A stretch of DNA of 64,000 bases, from the NCBI GenBank assembly GCA_964016885.1, contig OZ024742.1:205902001-205966000 (forward strand), in the 5' to 3' direction. How positions within the stretch are numbered: the first letter of the stretch is position 1; the number at the start of each line of letters is the position of its first letter. The stretch is from Eledone cirrhosa (lineage: Eukaryota). The translations under genes were made by a program, and so were the position numbers. Below, one piece after another: positions 26,076 through 37,862 of the stretch. A model generated the notes under the pieces. The model made no database searches, was not told the origin of the DNA, and was given only the letters and a program-made list of their open reading frames with translations.

Positions 26076-26935
26076 AACTTATTTAGGTTTCGAGGTTCAA
26101 ATTCGTCTACAGAACGGGTTTGAATTTTGAAATTTAAATCTGTCCAGGAATCATGGCGGTTGCCAATATAAGCTTGTCTTTATTGACTTATATCGAGACA
26201 GACAAATTGTATTCACTTTAATTAGTTTATTTCATTAATAGCTAACTTTGTCTGTTGCAATGTAAACACATTTCGTGTTTATCATATATTTTAATGTATT
26301 TAACTGCTCGGAAGAGCCCCTTTTCCTGGAGCTTAATTATTGTAAACGACTGAGAGTTTATTCTCAAAATATAATATAGTGTATGGCTCCTTTATTGTAG
26401 AGCTGATCCTTAATCCTGCATAAGCGGCTGTTATTTCTAGCACCGTGAATGTGGGACGGCTAGTTTTGGCCTGCCTACACACGTGTAGTCAGACCTGCAA
26501 AATTTTTGATGTGAGATGTACTAATTTTACTGGATTCCTGTTGATAAGCACAGAAGATTTGGATATTTCACTTTTTTATTTCTATTCCATTTCGCTTCTC
26601 TTTATTTTTCAATTCACATACCACCGTTGCGAAACTTATTTAGGTTTCGAGGTTCAAATTCGTCTACAGAACGGGTTTGAATTTTGAAATTTAAATCTGT
26701 CCAGGAATCATGGCGGTTGCCAATATAAGCTTGTCTTTATTGACTTATATCGAGACAGACAAATTGTATTCACTTTAATTAGTTTATTTCATTAATAGCT
26801 AACTTTGTCTGTTGCAATGTAAACACATTTCGTGTTTATCATATATATTAATGTATTTAACTGCTCGGAAGAGCCCCTTTTCCTGGAGCTTAATTATTGT
26901 AAACGACTGAGAGTTTATTCTCAAAATATAATATA

Positions 26936-26937
<2 letters not shown>
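26076..26937. mobile_element. (TA)n-flanked element with ~300-bp direct terminal repeats (family F)
   Basis: 26077-26380 is nearly identical to 26633-26936, around a ~250-bp unique core. Confidence 0.8.
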
Positions 26938-27028
<91 letters not shown>

Positions 27029-27126
27029 TACACATAAATATACATACATATATATAGAGATATGTATAGAGATATATGTATGTATATAGTGATATATGTA
27101 TGTAAACATATACATACATGTATATG

Positions 27127-29770
27127 ACACGGGGAACACTGTGACGGCTTCTATGGAGTCCATGGAGGCTACGGGTTTGGCACAAGAAATGAAGAAGGTT
27201 TCAGGCTTCTGGAATTCTGCAATGCCAATGACATGTCGATATGTAACACAAACTTCAAAAAACCCAACACCCATCTGATCACCTATAGATCAGGGGAGCA
27301 TTCTAGTCAGATAGATTCTATCCTCATCAGAGGATGAGATAGATGGACGGTTGTAAACACAAAAGCCTTCCCTAGTGAGGAATGTACCTCCCAACATAAC
27401 TTAGTTGTCAGCGACCTCATTGTCAGAACTAGATGAACTTGGAAACAGAAGGCAACCTGGAGAAGAAAGATCTGGAAGCTGAAAGACCCCTCAGCCAGTA
27501 ACAGATTTAAAGATATCTTACTCGACGTCTATGACAGTAAAGAAGAACAGATAGAGATATTCAATCTAGAAGAACACTTGGAGTTCCTAAAAAATAACTT
27601 ACTAAAGGCGACGGATGAGATTTGTGGTTTGAGCAAGATCACAGGCAGGAGGAGAGTGACTTGGTGGTGGAACAATAAGGTAGATGAGGCAATTAAGGCT
27701 AAGAGACAGGCATGGAAAGAATGGAAGAATGAGGGAAGTAGGGTACATTACATAGAGACCAGGAGGGAAGCTAGGCGACAACTATACTTAGCTAGAAGGG
27801 AAGTGGAGGATAGAAAATTCAAGCATGTTTTGCAGCATGAGGACCAGAAAAAGAGGTGTTCAGGATTGCGTGGCAGTGTGTTAGAGAAAATTGTGATGTC
27901 ATTGGAGAGACGTGTATCCAGAATGATAAAGGTGAGCTTGCCCGCACAAGGGCTGAGAAGAAATATGCGCGGAAGAGCCATTCTGAAAGGTTACTAAATG
28001 AGGAGGATGCATGGGAAAAAGAAACCCTACCCAGTACAAGTCAGCAGCAGCGTAGTAAGTAAGGCAATTAAAGATATGAAGACTGCGAAGGCAAGCGGTC
28101 CATCAGGTATAGCTGCCGAGATGCTGAAGGCATCTGGGTCGGTAGGTCACACCATAACCACACGTATTTTTAACCAGGTAATACTAAAGGGTATCATACC
28201 AAATGATTGATGCAGCAGCATCATTGTCAACTGCTACAAGGGTAAAGGTGATAAACTAGATAGAGGAAACTATAGAGGTATAAAGCTGATGGACCAGGTC
28301 ATGAAAGTAACAGAAAGAGTTATAGCACAGTTGATTAGGGACTGGGTAAAACTAGCTGAGATGTAATTTGGGTTTGTGCCAGGAAAAGGCACCACTGATG
28401 CCCTCTTCTTTGTGAGGCAGTTACAGGAAAAGTACCTAGCTATAGTAATATAGCGAGGAATTTAGCATACAGGTCGGTATCCACCAGGGCTCTGTTCTTA
28501 GCCCCCTCATGTTCATTATAGTATTGCAGGCAATAACAGAGGAGTTTAAGATCGGATACCCATGGGAACTCCTACATGCGGATGATCTCGCACTTATAGC
28601 TGAATCTATGGTGGAACTAGAGAAGAAATTCCAAACATGGAAGCAGGGACTAGAAAGAAAGGGTTCTCAAAGTCAACCTGACAAAGACTAAGGTCCTCGT
28701 AAGTAGACGAGAAAACAGAGCCCAGATCCCATCAGGCCTTGCTCAGTATGTAGGAAAAGTGTAGGTAGGAACTCCATCCTCTGCCCCAAATGCAAACAGA
28801 GGGCGTGCGGTATCTTTACACTGGAGTGAAGGGGGTTTCCTGAAAAGATAAAATGCCGGTATACCTAGGGTACACAAGAGATGTAGTGGGATCTCAGGAA
28901 GCTTAGCCAAGAATGTAGGCTTTACATGTAGCAGTTGCACCGGGACAGCAAGCAGCAAACGGCTGCAGGAAACAAGCACCACCAAACTCTGGGATGGCTC
29001 TGTAGAAACAGTAGACAGCTTTTGCTACCTAGGTGACCGAATTAGCAGCGGAGGTGGGTGTTCGGAAAGTACAGTAGCCAGGGTAAGATGTTCAGGTAAG
29101 ATGTTCAGCGAGTTACTGCCACTGCTAGCTGCAAAAGGCTTTTCCCTCAAAATGAAAGGCAGACTGTATGATGCTTGCATACGAACAGCAATGTTATATG
29201 GTAGTGAGACTTGGGCGTTGTGTGCAGAAGACTTGCGTAGATTAGAAGGAAACGAAGCTTGCATGCTCCGATGGATGTGTAATAGTAATATACATGAATG
29301 GCAAATCATAAAGATATTGAGAGACAGACTGAGCATAAGAGGAATCAAATGCTGTGTGTAGGAGAGGAGGTTGCGTTAGTATGGACATGTGAAGCGTATG
29401 AAGGATGACAGCTGCATAAAAAGATGCAGAGCATTAGAAGTCGATGGAAGCTGTGGAGTGGGGAGACCTAAGAAGACCTGGGATAAGGTGATAAAAGCTG
29501 AACTTACCCAATTGCACCTCTCAAAGGCGATGACACAGGACCGTGACCTCTGGTGTCACGCAGTAATACAGAGGACCTGACATCCCATGGGTACTAGCCG
29601 AAGCTGAAGCATATAGACAATATGCCCCCACCCCTCCCACAGCAAGGTGGCCGTGGAGGTGCCACGGCAAAAAGCACCCAGTCTACACTGTAAATGAGGT
29701 TGGTGTTAGAAAGGGCATCCAGCTGTAGAAATCAGACAAAATCAGTTTCCGTATGAGCAAGACAATGTCA
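27127..29770 (+). mobile_element. 5'-truncated, internally deleted, degenerate copy of the RTE LINE
   Basis: Colinear with 45560-48340, with stops, frameshifts and a deletion spanning RT motifs. Confidence 0.92.
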
Positions 29771-29832
29771 GCCGACCGGGCAGTTGAACTTAACTTTACT
29801 TGGGAGTTGTCTTCTACAGATGTCGAACCGAT

Positions 29833-31654
29833 ATACCGACTGGATCGCCCACTCTGTCCACCGCCTGCAAACCGTGAGCTTGAAGAAAAACTCTCGAGGC
29901 TAAAACATTCCGTACTTAACATCTTACGGAAACAGAAGAAGATAGCCCCAAACCTCTCCAGGACACAACAACTCGTCCTGAAGAACCTGCGGAATAGGGA
30001 ACTTATATACTTACCATCCGACAAAGGTAAAGAGTTTTGTGTCATCTCTCAAGCCACATACAACAACCTAGCCTTTGAACACCTAGGCGACAACGAACTA
30101 TATACAGAGATGCCGGAGATGACTGCAGCCCAGATCGAAAAACAGGCCAACTCCATCTGGTTCGACATCTGTAGGAGAAGACAATTCCCAAATAAAGTTA
30201 AGTTCAACTACACCACTAGAAATAGCAGACTGCCCACTTTCTATCACCTCATCAAGACCCACAAGAATAGTACTAAGAGACAAATAAGACCCATCGTCTC
30301 TAGCATAGAAGGACCCCTATACAAAATCTCCTGGCTCCTCTCCCAGGTCCTCAAACCTCTACTCTCCACCTTTCCCGGGCATGTCAGTAGCTCTGACGAG
30401 GTCATACGTAGACTACACCAACTCCAGCCAGAACAACTTAAACTAAATAGATACGCCTTTAGCCTCAACGATGTCTCCCTCTACACTACAGTCCCCGCTC
30501 ATCCAGCTGTCGATTTATGGACGGACTGCGTGGTCGCAGAGGACATCCACTGCTACGGCCTCCATCCGACGGACATACACCAGCTTTTGTCCTTCACAGT
30601 GGACAACACGTACTTCACCTTCTACCACCACACATACAGACAGACAACAGGATTACCCATGGGATCCAGCCTATCGGGACTGCTGGCCATCACCTATATG
30701 AACCAGCTAGAAAGCCGAGCCCTCAACACCTGCCATTCCTATACCTTCTTCACTCGATATGTAGATGACATACTCATCCTTACATCATCCCGTGAGGAGG
30801 AGGATAAAATATACACGACATTCTCCAGCATGGACGCCAGTATAAAGTTCAGCATGGAACACCCCGAAGACCGCGGATCCCTATCCCTACTGGACTTCCA
30901 ACAGAGGAAGGCAACATCCACACCTGCTTCTATAAAAGAGCCGCCAGCAGGGACCTGCTCGTACATTTCAGATCGGTCCTCTCAGCCGGCGCTAAGTTCA
31001 TATACATAAGGAACGAACTACACGTATCTGGAACAATGCACCGACGCAAGAGACTGAGACACACACACCACACATTTCCTGGAAGTACTCAAACTGAACG
31101 GATACCCGACGTCCACCACGAACCGTGCCAGAAAGAACAGAGGACACCACACCCGAGGCACTAACACCTGCTTCATGAAGCTCCCACACTTCAGTGACGA
31201 AACAACAACAGCCATCCGCAGAGCTATCAGACGAGATGGACAAGATATCCAACTAGCCCACTCAGGACCTTCTCTACGCGGACAGCTAACAAAAAGACAC
31301 TCCACCAGACATGACAGCCGCTGCAAGCTAGCCAACTGCCCCATCAACGAAACAGACCTATGCCACCAGGCTTACGTCGTATACAGATTAGAGTGCGACA
31401 AATGCAGCAATTTCTACGTAGGTAGCACCACCAGACCACTTCACATAAGAATAAAAGAACACCTCAATACTAACGCTTCCCCATTTAAGAAACACCTAGT
31501 GATATGCAAAAACAGCGACAAAAACATAACAGTTAGGATAGAAACTAAGGAAAGAAACCTCGGCAATCTTAGAATTAAGGAAACACTGATTATAGACAAA
31601 ACACAACCACCAATCAATAATAGACTAGAACTCAACACCCAATTTATAACATGA
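29833..31654 (+). pseudogene. PLE polyprotein with one frameshift near 30900
   Basis: SDKG, KTHK, RPIVS, DVSLYT, QTTGLPMGSSLS, RYVDD, then VVYRLECDKCSNFYVGSTTRPLHIRIKEH (GIY-YIG) in the second frame. Confidence 0.9.
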
Positions 31655-32032
31655 TAGAGCACCTAGTCCCACACTTACACCCCGCTCTCACACACACGCA
31701 CACGCACACACACACGCTTACACCTCCACTTATTTTCTCTCACACACACATAAATACCAGTTTTAACACGATAGAGCATCTAGCCCCCACATTTACGTAT
31801 AGACATATCTTCTCACATTCTCTCTCACACACACACACATGCATACTTACGCCTTCACATATTCTCCCACACACTTAAACATACATGTACAAAACCCCTT
31901 TTAAAAGGAGACTACTCTTTATCCACTTAACCGTCACTCTTTGACATTAGAGATAGAATGGAATCTCTATACCATTTCCTGTCAGCATGACTTGGCAAGC
32001 TAATTAGAACACTGGATTAACCACTTTACTTC

Positions 32033-32067
32033 CCTCCGAAGAAGAGATATTACCTCGAAAATTAAGG
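32033..32067 (+). ncRNA. Minimal hammerhead-like motif (CCGAAGA core) in PLE 3' region
   Basis: CCT CCGAAGA A GAG ATATTAC CTC GAAA AT TA AGG, with AATAAA at 32075. Confidence 0.5.
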
Positions 32068-32183
32068 ATATTTAAATAAATTTAAAGTAAAAGACTAATT
32101 TTCAACAATATCTTTTGCATTTGCATTTATATTCTATATCCATACCTGTATTGTCTTGGCCTTACAACTCCAAACATTTATAC

Positions 32184-32226
<43 letters not shown>

Positions 32227-32230
<4 letters not shown>

Positions 32231-32791
32231 ATAATAATAAATGTGAAGACATAAATCCAAAGAGGGCTCGATAAGGATAAGTATATATCAAATATATAAG
32301 AACAATAGAGCAAATATTTATTAAAATAACAGATTAAAGTTTAAGCAACGAATTGCTGCTTTCACCCTTAACGGGATCTTCTGAAACTAAAAAAAATCAA
32401 TCTGTGAACACAGAAGTAAATATTTCGAAAAACCTTGCAACCGAAGGAAAAAGGAAGACGTTTCCTGGCAATTATTCTTAACTCCGAAGCCAAGAATCAC
32501 TCGGTTTCCTAAATCTAATATTAGTTACGACTCCCTTTATACCATAAACGTGGTTTTGTCTTTGCGTTATTTATTCTCATCGCTCCACATAATAACGTAT
32601 TATCTTTGGTTTTTTTCCCGTTCATTACCAGCGAACGTCTTCACGAACCAAAGTATCGTCTTCCTGTTTTCCTTCGGTTGCAACGGTTTTCGACATATTT
32701 ACTTCTGCGTTCACAGATTGATTTTTTTTAGTTTCAGAAGATCCCGCTAAAGGTGAAAGCAGCGATTCTTTGCTTAAACTTGAATCTGTTA

Positions 32792-32797
<6 letters not shown>
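32227..32797. mobile_element. Non-autonomous fold-back derivative of PLE family A with two hammerhead-like motifs (32338-32388 minus, 32730-32780 plus)
   Basis: The left part matches 22110-22340 and the right part matches 24470-24730. No ORF; (TA)n flanks. Confidence 0.85.
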
Positions 32798-32877
<80 letters not shown>

Positions 32878-33046
32878 AAAAAAAGGAAAAGAATGATTTC
32901 ACTTGTAGTGCTAAATAATTTGATTTAATTTTATAATATTATAATATTATGAGTTGGTATATCTAGTAAGTTCTTTTTTTCAAATATACCTAACTGTACC
33001 AAGGATCTCACACATTTTCCAATATATATATATATATGTATGTGTG

Positions 33047-33171
<125 letters not shown>

Positions 33172-33223
33172 AGTAAGTATGTTTTGAAACAGTGAGCAGG
33201 TTTGAAATTAGAAAATAGAATAG

Positions 33224-33405
33224 CTTTCACCGTATTTTTTAGTAAAGGAATTTTAGTCTGATAATGGGGTTTAGAACCCTCAGATAAATGGAAAAAGATG
33301 AGTATTGACGTACATGTACGTCAATACTCATCTTTTTCCATTTATCTGAGGGTTCTAAACCCCATTATCAAGCTAAAATTCCTTTAGTCAAAAATACGGT
33401 GAAAG
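33224..33405. repeat. Spacer-less 182-bp palindrome within a (TA)n-flanked element
   Basis: Centre gacgtaca|tgtacgtc at 33314/33315. The arms pair out to ctttcacc/ggtgaaag. Confidence 0.95.
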
Positions 33406-33430
33406 ATATATATATATTTTTATATATATA

Positions 33431-34286
33431 CTAGCAGTAAAGCCCGGCGTTGCTCGGGGTCGCTCAGTAGCTGTGTTAAAGTTACAATGTTAAGTTTCTT
33501 TTTTGGCTCAAAAACTGTAGTGTCTACTGTGCAGACTTGCATGTGGTGTTTTTGATTAATATTCCCTCAACCAACAATATGCCTTATGAAGTTAAGAAAA
33601 CATAACGATAACCCGAATGTTATAACAAAAGAGGTTGCTGGGGATAAAAACTGCACTGGTTATTTATTAACAAAGATCGAAAATGTAAACACTGCAACGC
33701 AGAGAAAACCATTAGCGTAACCAAATTATCAGTTATGTCTGTCTGCACGCCTATATCACCTCTCTGCACGACTGTCTGTCTGCACGACTGTCTGTCTGCA
33801 CGCCTATATCACCTCTCTGCACGACTGTCTGTCTGCACGACTGTCTGTCTGCACGCCTAACGACGAAATATTTGCTTGTTTTACGTAGTCTTTAAATAGA
33901 CTTGTTTTCAAGTAAAAATATTGTTTTAAAATGCTTTTAAATGGAAATAAAGCAAAACGGAAGCTTAGTGTTCGAACTGATGAATTTTGCAGGTCAATAT
34001 TTTGCTGGCTCGACAACTGTTAAAGCCAGCGTAATTTTTTACGTAAGACGCTCAATGTAAACAGAACAAAGGGAAATAACTGATCACTTACGCTCAAAAA
34101 TCGATACATTATATTCGATTTCGTCACATAGGGTGGGTCAATTTGAAATTTTTTTTTTCCGATGTCTTCGCTAGGGCGCAATGTACAAGTATAGCAATTT
34201 CGGTGCAATTCCGTGAGAGATTCTAAGAGGAGATGTGTGCCAAAAATCGATAGACAGACAGACAACCACAGTTTTATATATATAGA
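33431..34286 (-). mobile_element. Non-autonomous Helitron H3
   Basis: CTAG (33431) plus hairpin cccggcgttgctcggg. Minus-strand 5' TCTATATATATAAAAC...gtctgtctgtct at 34286. Confidence 0.8.
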
Positions 34287-34289
34287 TAA

Positions 34290-35195
34290 GACAATGAGAT
34301 TTTTTTTAAAAAGGGAAAAAAACGAGATGTCCTACATGAGTGAAAGTATAAGGAAAAAAGATGAAATCGAAAATGCAACTGGAGTCTTTCTAAGAATATT
34401 TATTAGTTTCTTTTACCGGTTTCACAGCTCTTAAGCTTTTCAAAAGTCGAATTGAGATGGAGGGTTTGTGGTTTTTCTCACATCTGGTTTTATTTCAATA
34501 GAACGTCTGAATTTTGACACCTGTGCACATCAGCCAGAACAAATCATTGAACCAGAACAATTCTCCCCATCCCTTTTTTCTTGACCATTAGCTTTTGTTT
34601 GGCACAAAACTCTCTATGACAAATCATGTGACTGTGAAAACGGCTACGAAGAACCCCCAAATACGAACTGGCGGCACAGAATTTAATGTACTTATTCACG
34701 TGACAGTCATAACCAATCAAATTACATTTATAAAAAAACAACATTTTTGAGCCTCTTTTTTAACTGAAAAGGACAATAAAGAACCCTCAATCACGAACTG
34801 GCACACAAGTTGATGTACTTATTCACGTGTCTGTCATCAACCAACCAAATTTCACTTATATATGAAAAAAACAATCTGAGCCCCCCCTTTTTTTAAAGGC
34901 AAATACGATAAGAACTTTGTAACACGAATGGGCACAAAAATGTATTATACTTATTCACGTGACAGTCATCAACCAACCAAATAATTTTTCTAAAAAACCT
35001 AGCATTTCGAGCCACTTTTTTCCACATAAAACAGAAGTAACATTTGAACACCAGCCAGATGCGAGAAAAACCACGAACCCTCCAGCTCAATTTGACTTTT
35101 GAAAAGCATAAGAATTGTGAAACCGGTAAAGGAAACAAATAAATATTCTTAAAAAGATTCCAGTTGCATTTCGATTTCATCTTCTTTCCTTATAT
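34290..35195 (+). mobile_element. Non-coding 3' portion of a Neptune-like PLE (family C) with inverted terminal copy
   Basis: 34345-34488 is inverted relative to 35055-35195. The interior matches the reverse complement of 50465-50990, which lies 3' of the PLE ORF at 51240-52518. Confidence 0.8.
35096..35131 (+). ncRNA. Hammerhead motif with U3-A8 compensatory core (TTGAAAA)
   Basis: CTT TTGAAAA GCA TAAGAAT TGT GAAA CCGG TA AAG then AATAAA. Inverted copy at 34410-34446. Confidence 0.55.
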
Positions 35196-35362
35196 ATATA
35201 TATATCATCATTTCATCATCATCATTTCATTTTACGTCCGCTTTTTCCCTGCTTGCAAGGGTCGGACGGGAACTGATTCTGGCTTGATTTCTACAGCTGG
35301 ATGCCCTTCCTAACACCAACCTAAAAGTCATATTACATTTATATATATATATATATATATAT

Positions 35363-35735
35363 ATAAATGTAATCTAACTTTTTCGAATATTAATAATATT
35401 CGATTCGTTTGCAATTATGCAAACAAGCGTCAATTTTATAGCCATGTCAGTAGAAAGAACCCTTCATTCTTGCTCTTGGGTTGGCATGTGAACAGAACTG
35501 CAGACACTAATGTTTCTGGGTATCACCTTTCATCAGTACTGCTCACATACCCAGAAACATTAGTGTCTGCAGTTCTGTTCACATGCCAACACACGAGCAA
35601 GAATGAAGGGTTCATTCTACTGACATGGCTATAAAATTCAGGCTTGTTTGCATAATTGCAAACGAATCGAATGTTATTATTAATATTCAAAAAACTCAGA
35701 TTACATTTATTGTATTCAGTCATGTAGAGCGAAAA
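35363..35735. mobile_element. (TA)n-flanked fold-back element (family G)
   Basis: 35364-35523 is inverted relative to 35547-35709. Confidence 0.8.
35500..35539 (-). ncRNA. Type I hammerhead motif at the fold-back centre
   Basis: GTA CTGATGA AA GGT GAT ACC CA GAAA CATTAGTG TC TGC, with a GUC cleavage triplet. Confidence 0.55.
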
Positions 35736-35785
35736 TTTTCTTTTTTATATATATGTATGTATATATGTATGTATATATATATATG

Positions 35786-36388
35786 TCAGGTCACCAGTTG
35801 GTGCTACTGGTAACATATATGCCAGTACAACCTGTCTCATGGTCAGGTCGTTGGCGACTAAACTGGCAACCCCACCAAGGTTTCTTGGTGAGGAGGGTGA
35901 CTTTGGACATCCTGCAGGACTAAAAACAAAACCTGTCAAAGGGCAAAGGAGCTCTTAAGAATCAATGGCCATCCAAAATCACCGGGAGAGATGACCCCTT
36001 AGCCTTTGTCAAGGCAGAATTCTAGGAGAAGGAAAACTCTGATATAACACCTGCAGCTCTGATGGTATCCAATGATGTTGACTTGTTCTTCTTTTTGGTA
36101 AATATCATCTTGGTTAAGAGAGTGGGACTGGCTTTGTGCAGTGCCTTTGCTCACTATAAACGCTTCACGGCACAGGCATTGCTTTATATCTGGAGATCTC
36201 TCTGCACTTGTCGTCACATGGTACCATGGGCCCAGCACTATGTGTCAGTAATTGTCACAAGTGTAGTGTTTGTACCAGAGTTTTCAAGTCGCTGGCTGGA
36301 CTAAAATGTCACTCGTTCAGTGCATCGGTAGGAGTTCTCCTACATGGATATAAAGTAGTGGCCGTACTCGAAAACGAGTTGGCAGTCA

Positions 36389-36390
<2 letters not shown>
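35786..36390 (+). mobile_element. Internally deleted non-LTR element (probably a second RTE/BovB-like family): 5' UTR joined to C-terminal zinc finger and 3' end
   Basis: The 5' block is repeated at 52533-52722. The 3' part encodes CSVCTRVFKSLAGLKCH (C2H2-like). Confidence 0.55.
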
Positions 36391-36447
<57 letters not shown>

Positions 36448-36448
<1 letters not shown>

Positions 36449-36622
36449 TAATAATAATAAATGTGAAGACTAAAATCCAAAGAGGGCTTGATAAGGATAA
36501 ATATATATCAAATGTATAAGAACCCTAGAGCAAATATTTGTTAAAATAACAGATTAAAGTTTAAGCAAAGAATCGCTGCTTTCACCCTTAACTGGATCTT
36601 CTGAAACTCAGAGTTTCAGAAG
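36448..36622 (-). mobile_element. Short PLE family A terminal fragment with micro fold-back
   Basis: Matches 22113-22269 and ends tcttctgaaactc-a-gagtttcagaaga. Confidence 0.8.
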
Positions 36623-36629
36623 AAATATA

Positions 36630-37195
36630 TCATTATCATCATCATCATCATTTTATGTCCGCTTTTCCCTGCTTGCAAAGGTAGGATGGGTCCTAGTCAG
36701 CACAGCATCTCTCCACTTGTCACAGTCCTTCTTCATCGTCTCTGTGAGCTTCAGGGATCTGAGGTCTGCTCTCACCACTTCCATCCATGTTTTTCGTGGT
36801 CTTCCTTTACTGCATCTTCCTTCTACTGAGATTTCTTGGCACTTCTTTACCCAGTGATCATCCTCCATGCATATCACATGCCCATACCATTGCAGTCTTC
36901 TCTCCCGCACACCACAACTTATCCCTCTTATACACAGTTTCTCAACTCATCTATGCTTGGTTGTTCACGCACATTGACATTGCACATCCAACGGAGCATG
37001 CTTGCTTCATTTCTCTTCAACCGTTGCATATCCTCTGCAGTTGCTGCCCATGTCTCACTATCATGCAGTATCGTGCATCTCACACAGGCATCATATATCC
37101 GGCCTTTCGTACGCAGTGAGAAACCCTTCTTTGTCAACAGAGGAAGCAGCTCTCTAAACTTCTTCCAACCTGTCCTTATTCTAGATACTATGGCC
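36630..37195 (-). mobile_element. 3' fragment of a related RTE subfamily with (GAT)n tail
   Basis: KGFSLRTKGRIYDACVR...RLQWYGHV...GRPRKTW, with a catcatcat tail at the left end. Confidence 0.85.
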
Positions 37196-37651
37196 TATAT
37201 TTACATATATATATACAAATGCAAACACACACACATATATTTATGCATATTTAAATATGTTGCTTTCTTATTTAAGATGGTAAGGTGTGATTTGATGAGG
37301 ATTTGGCTGCTATCTCTAGAAGTTTGGGTGACTATGTAGAGTATTGTGGCTCTGAAATGAGAATAATACTCTATGTATTCAGAGGATAGCAAAGATACTC
37401 AGCATAGAACTAAATTGCAATTGCTGAACTCCTATAGAGTGATATCATTCTAATGCTTTCTGCACTCTAACTGAAACTCATGTAATTTTTTATGTTTTCA
37501 TGTCCTCCATTAGTTTACTTACAAAATCTGCATAATATCATTATGGTTGGACTCTATTCTTGACGCCACCCTCATTTAAACTTTTTACACAGCAATGTTT
37601 CTTATAGGTGTATCATGATTATTTTCATTCTCATTAAGATTAAAATAATTA

Positions 37652-37862
37652 TTGCCAGTATCAGTAGAGTATCGGACAACATGCTTTGCAGCATATAGTT
37701 TTACGAATCTTTATATTCTGAGTTCAAATCCCACCAAGGTTAACCTTACCTTTAATCCTTACGGCGTCGATAAAAAAAAAGCACAAGTAATGAACTGGGG
37801 ACGATTTTATCGACTTTCTCTCTCCCAAAATTGCTGGCCTTGTGCCTAAATTAGAAGCCATT
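37652..37862 (+). mobile_element. Diverged SINE S1 copy
   Basis: ctgagttcaaatccc...ccttacggcgtcgataaa...ttgctggccttgtgcctaaattagaa. Confidence 0.7.

Larger units (their letters stand above)
29770..32185 (+). mobile_element. Penelope-like retroelement (second family), 5'-truncated with short 5' inversion
   Basis: RT-GIY-YIG coding region, (CA)-rich 3' UTR, hammerhead-like motif and AATAAA, ending at (TA)n. Confidence 0.88.

Noticed and set aside
33215-33300. Hammerhead in the 182-bp palindrome (GAAAGCTA)
   Set aside because: No properly placed CUGANGA or stem II
35786-35870. HDV-like ribozyme at the 5' end of the RTE-like element
   Set aside because: A P4/CTAA/P2-like segment is present but P1 and P3 cannot be built, and the putative P2 is not kept in the copy at 52533
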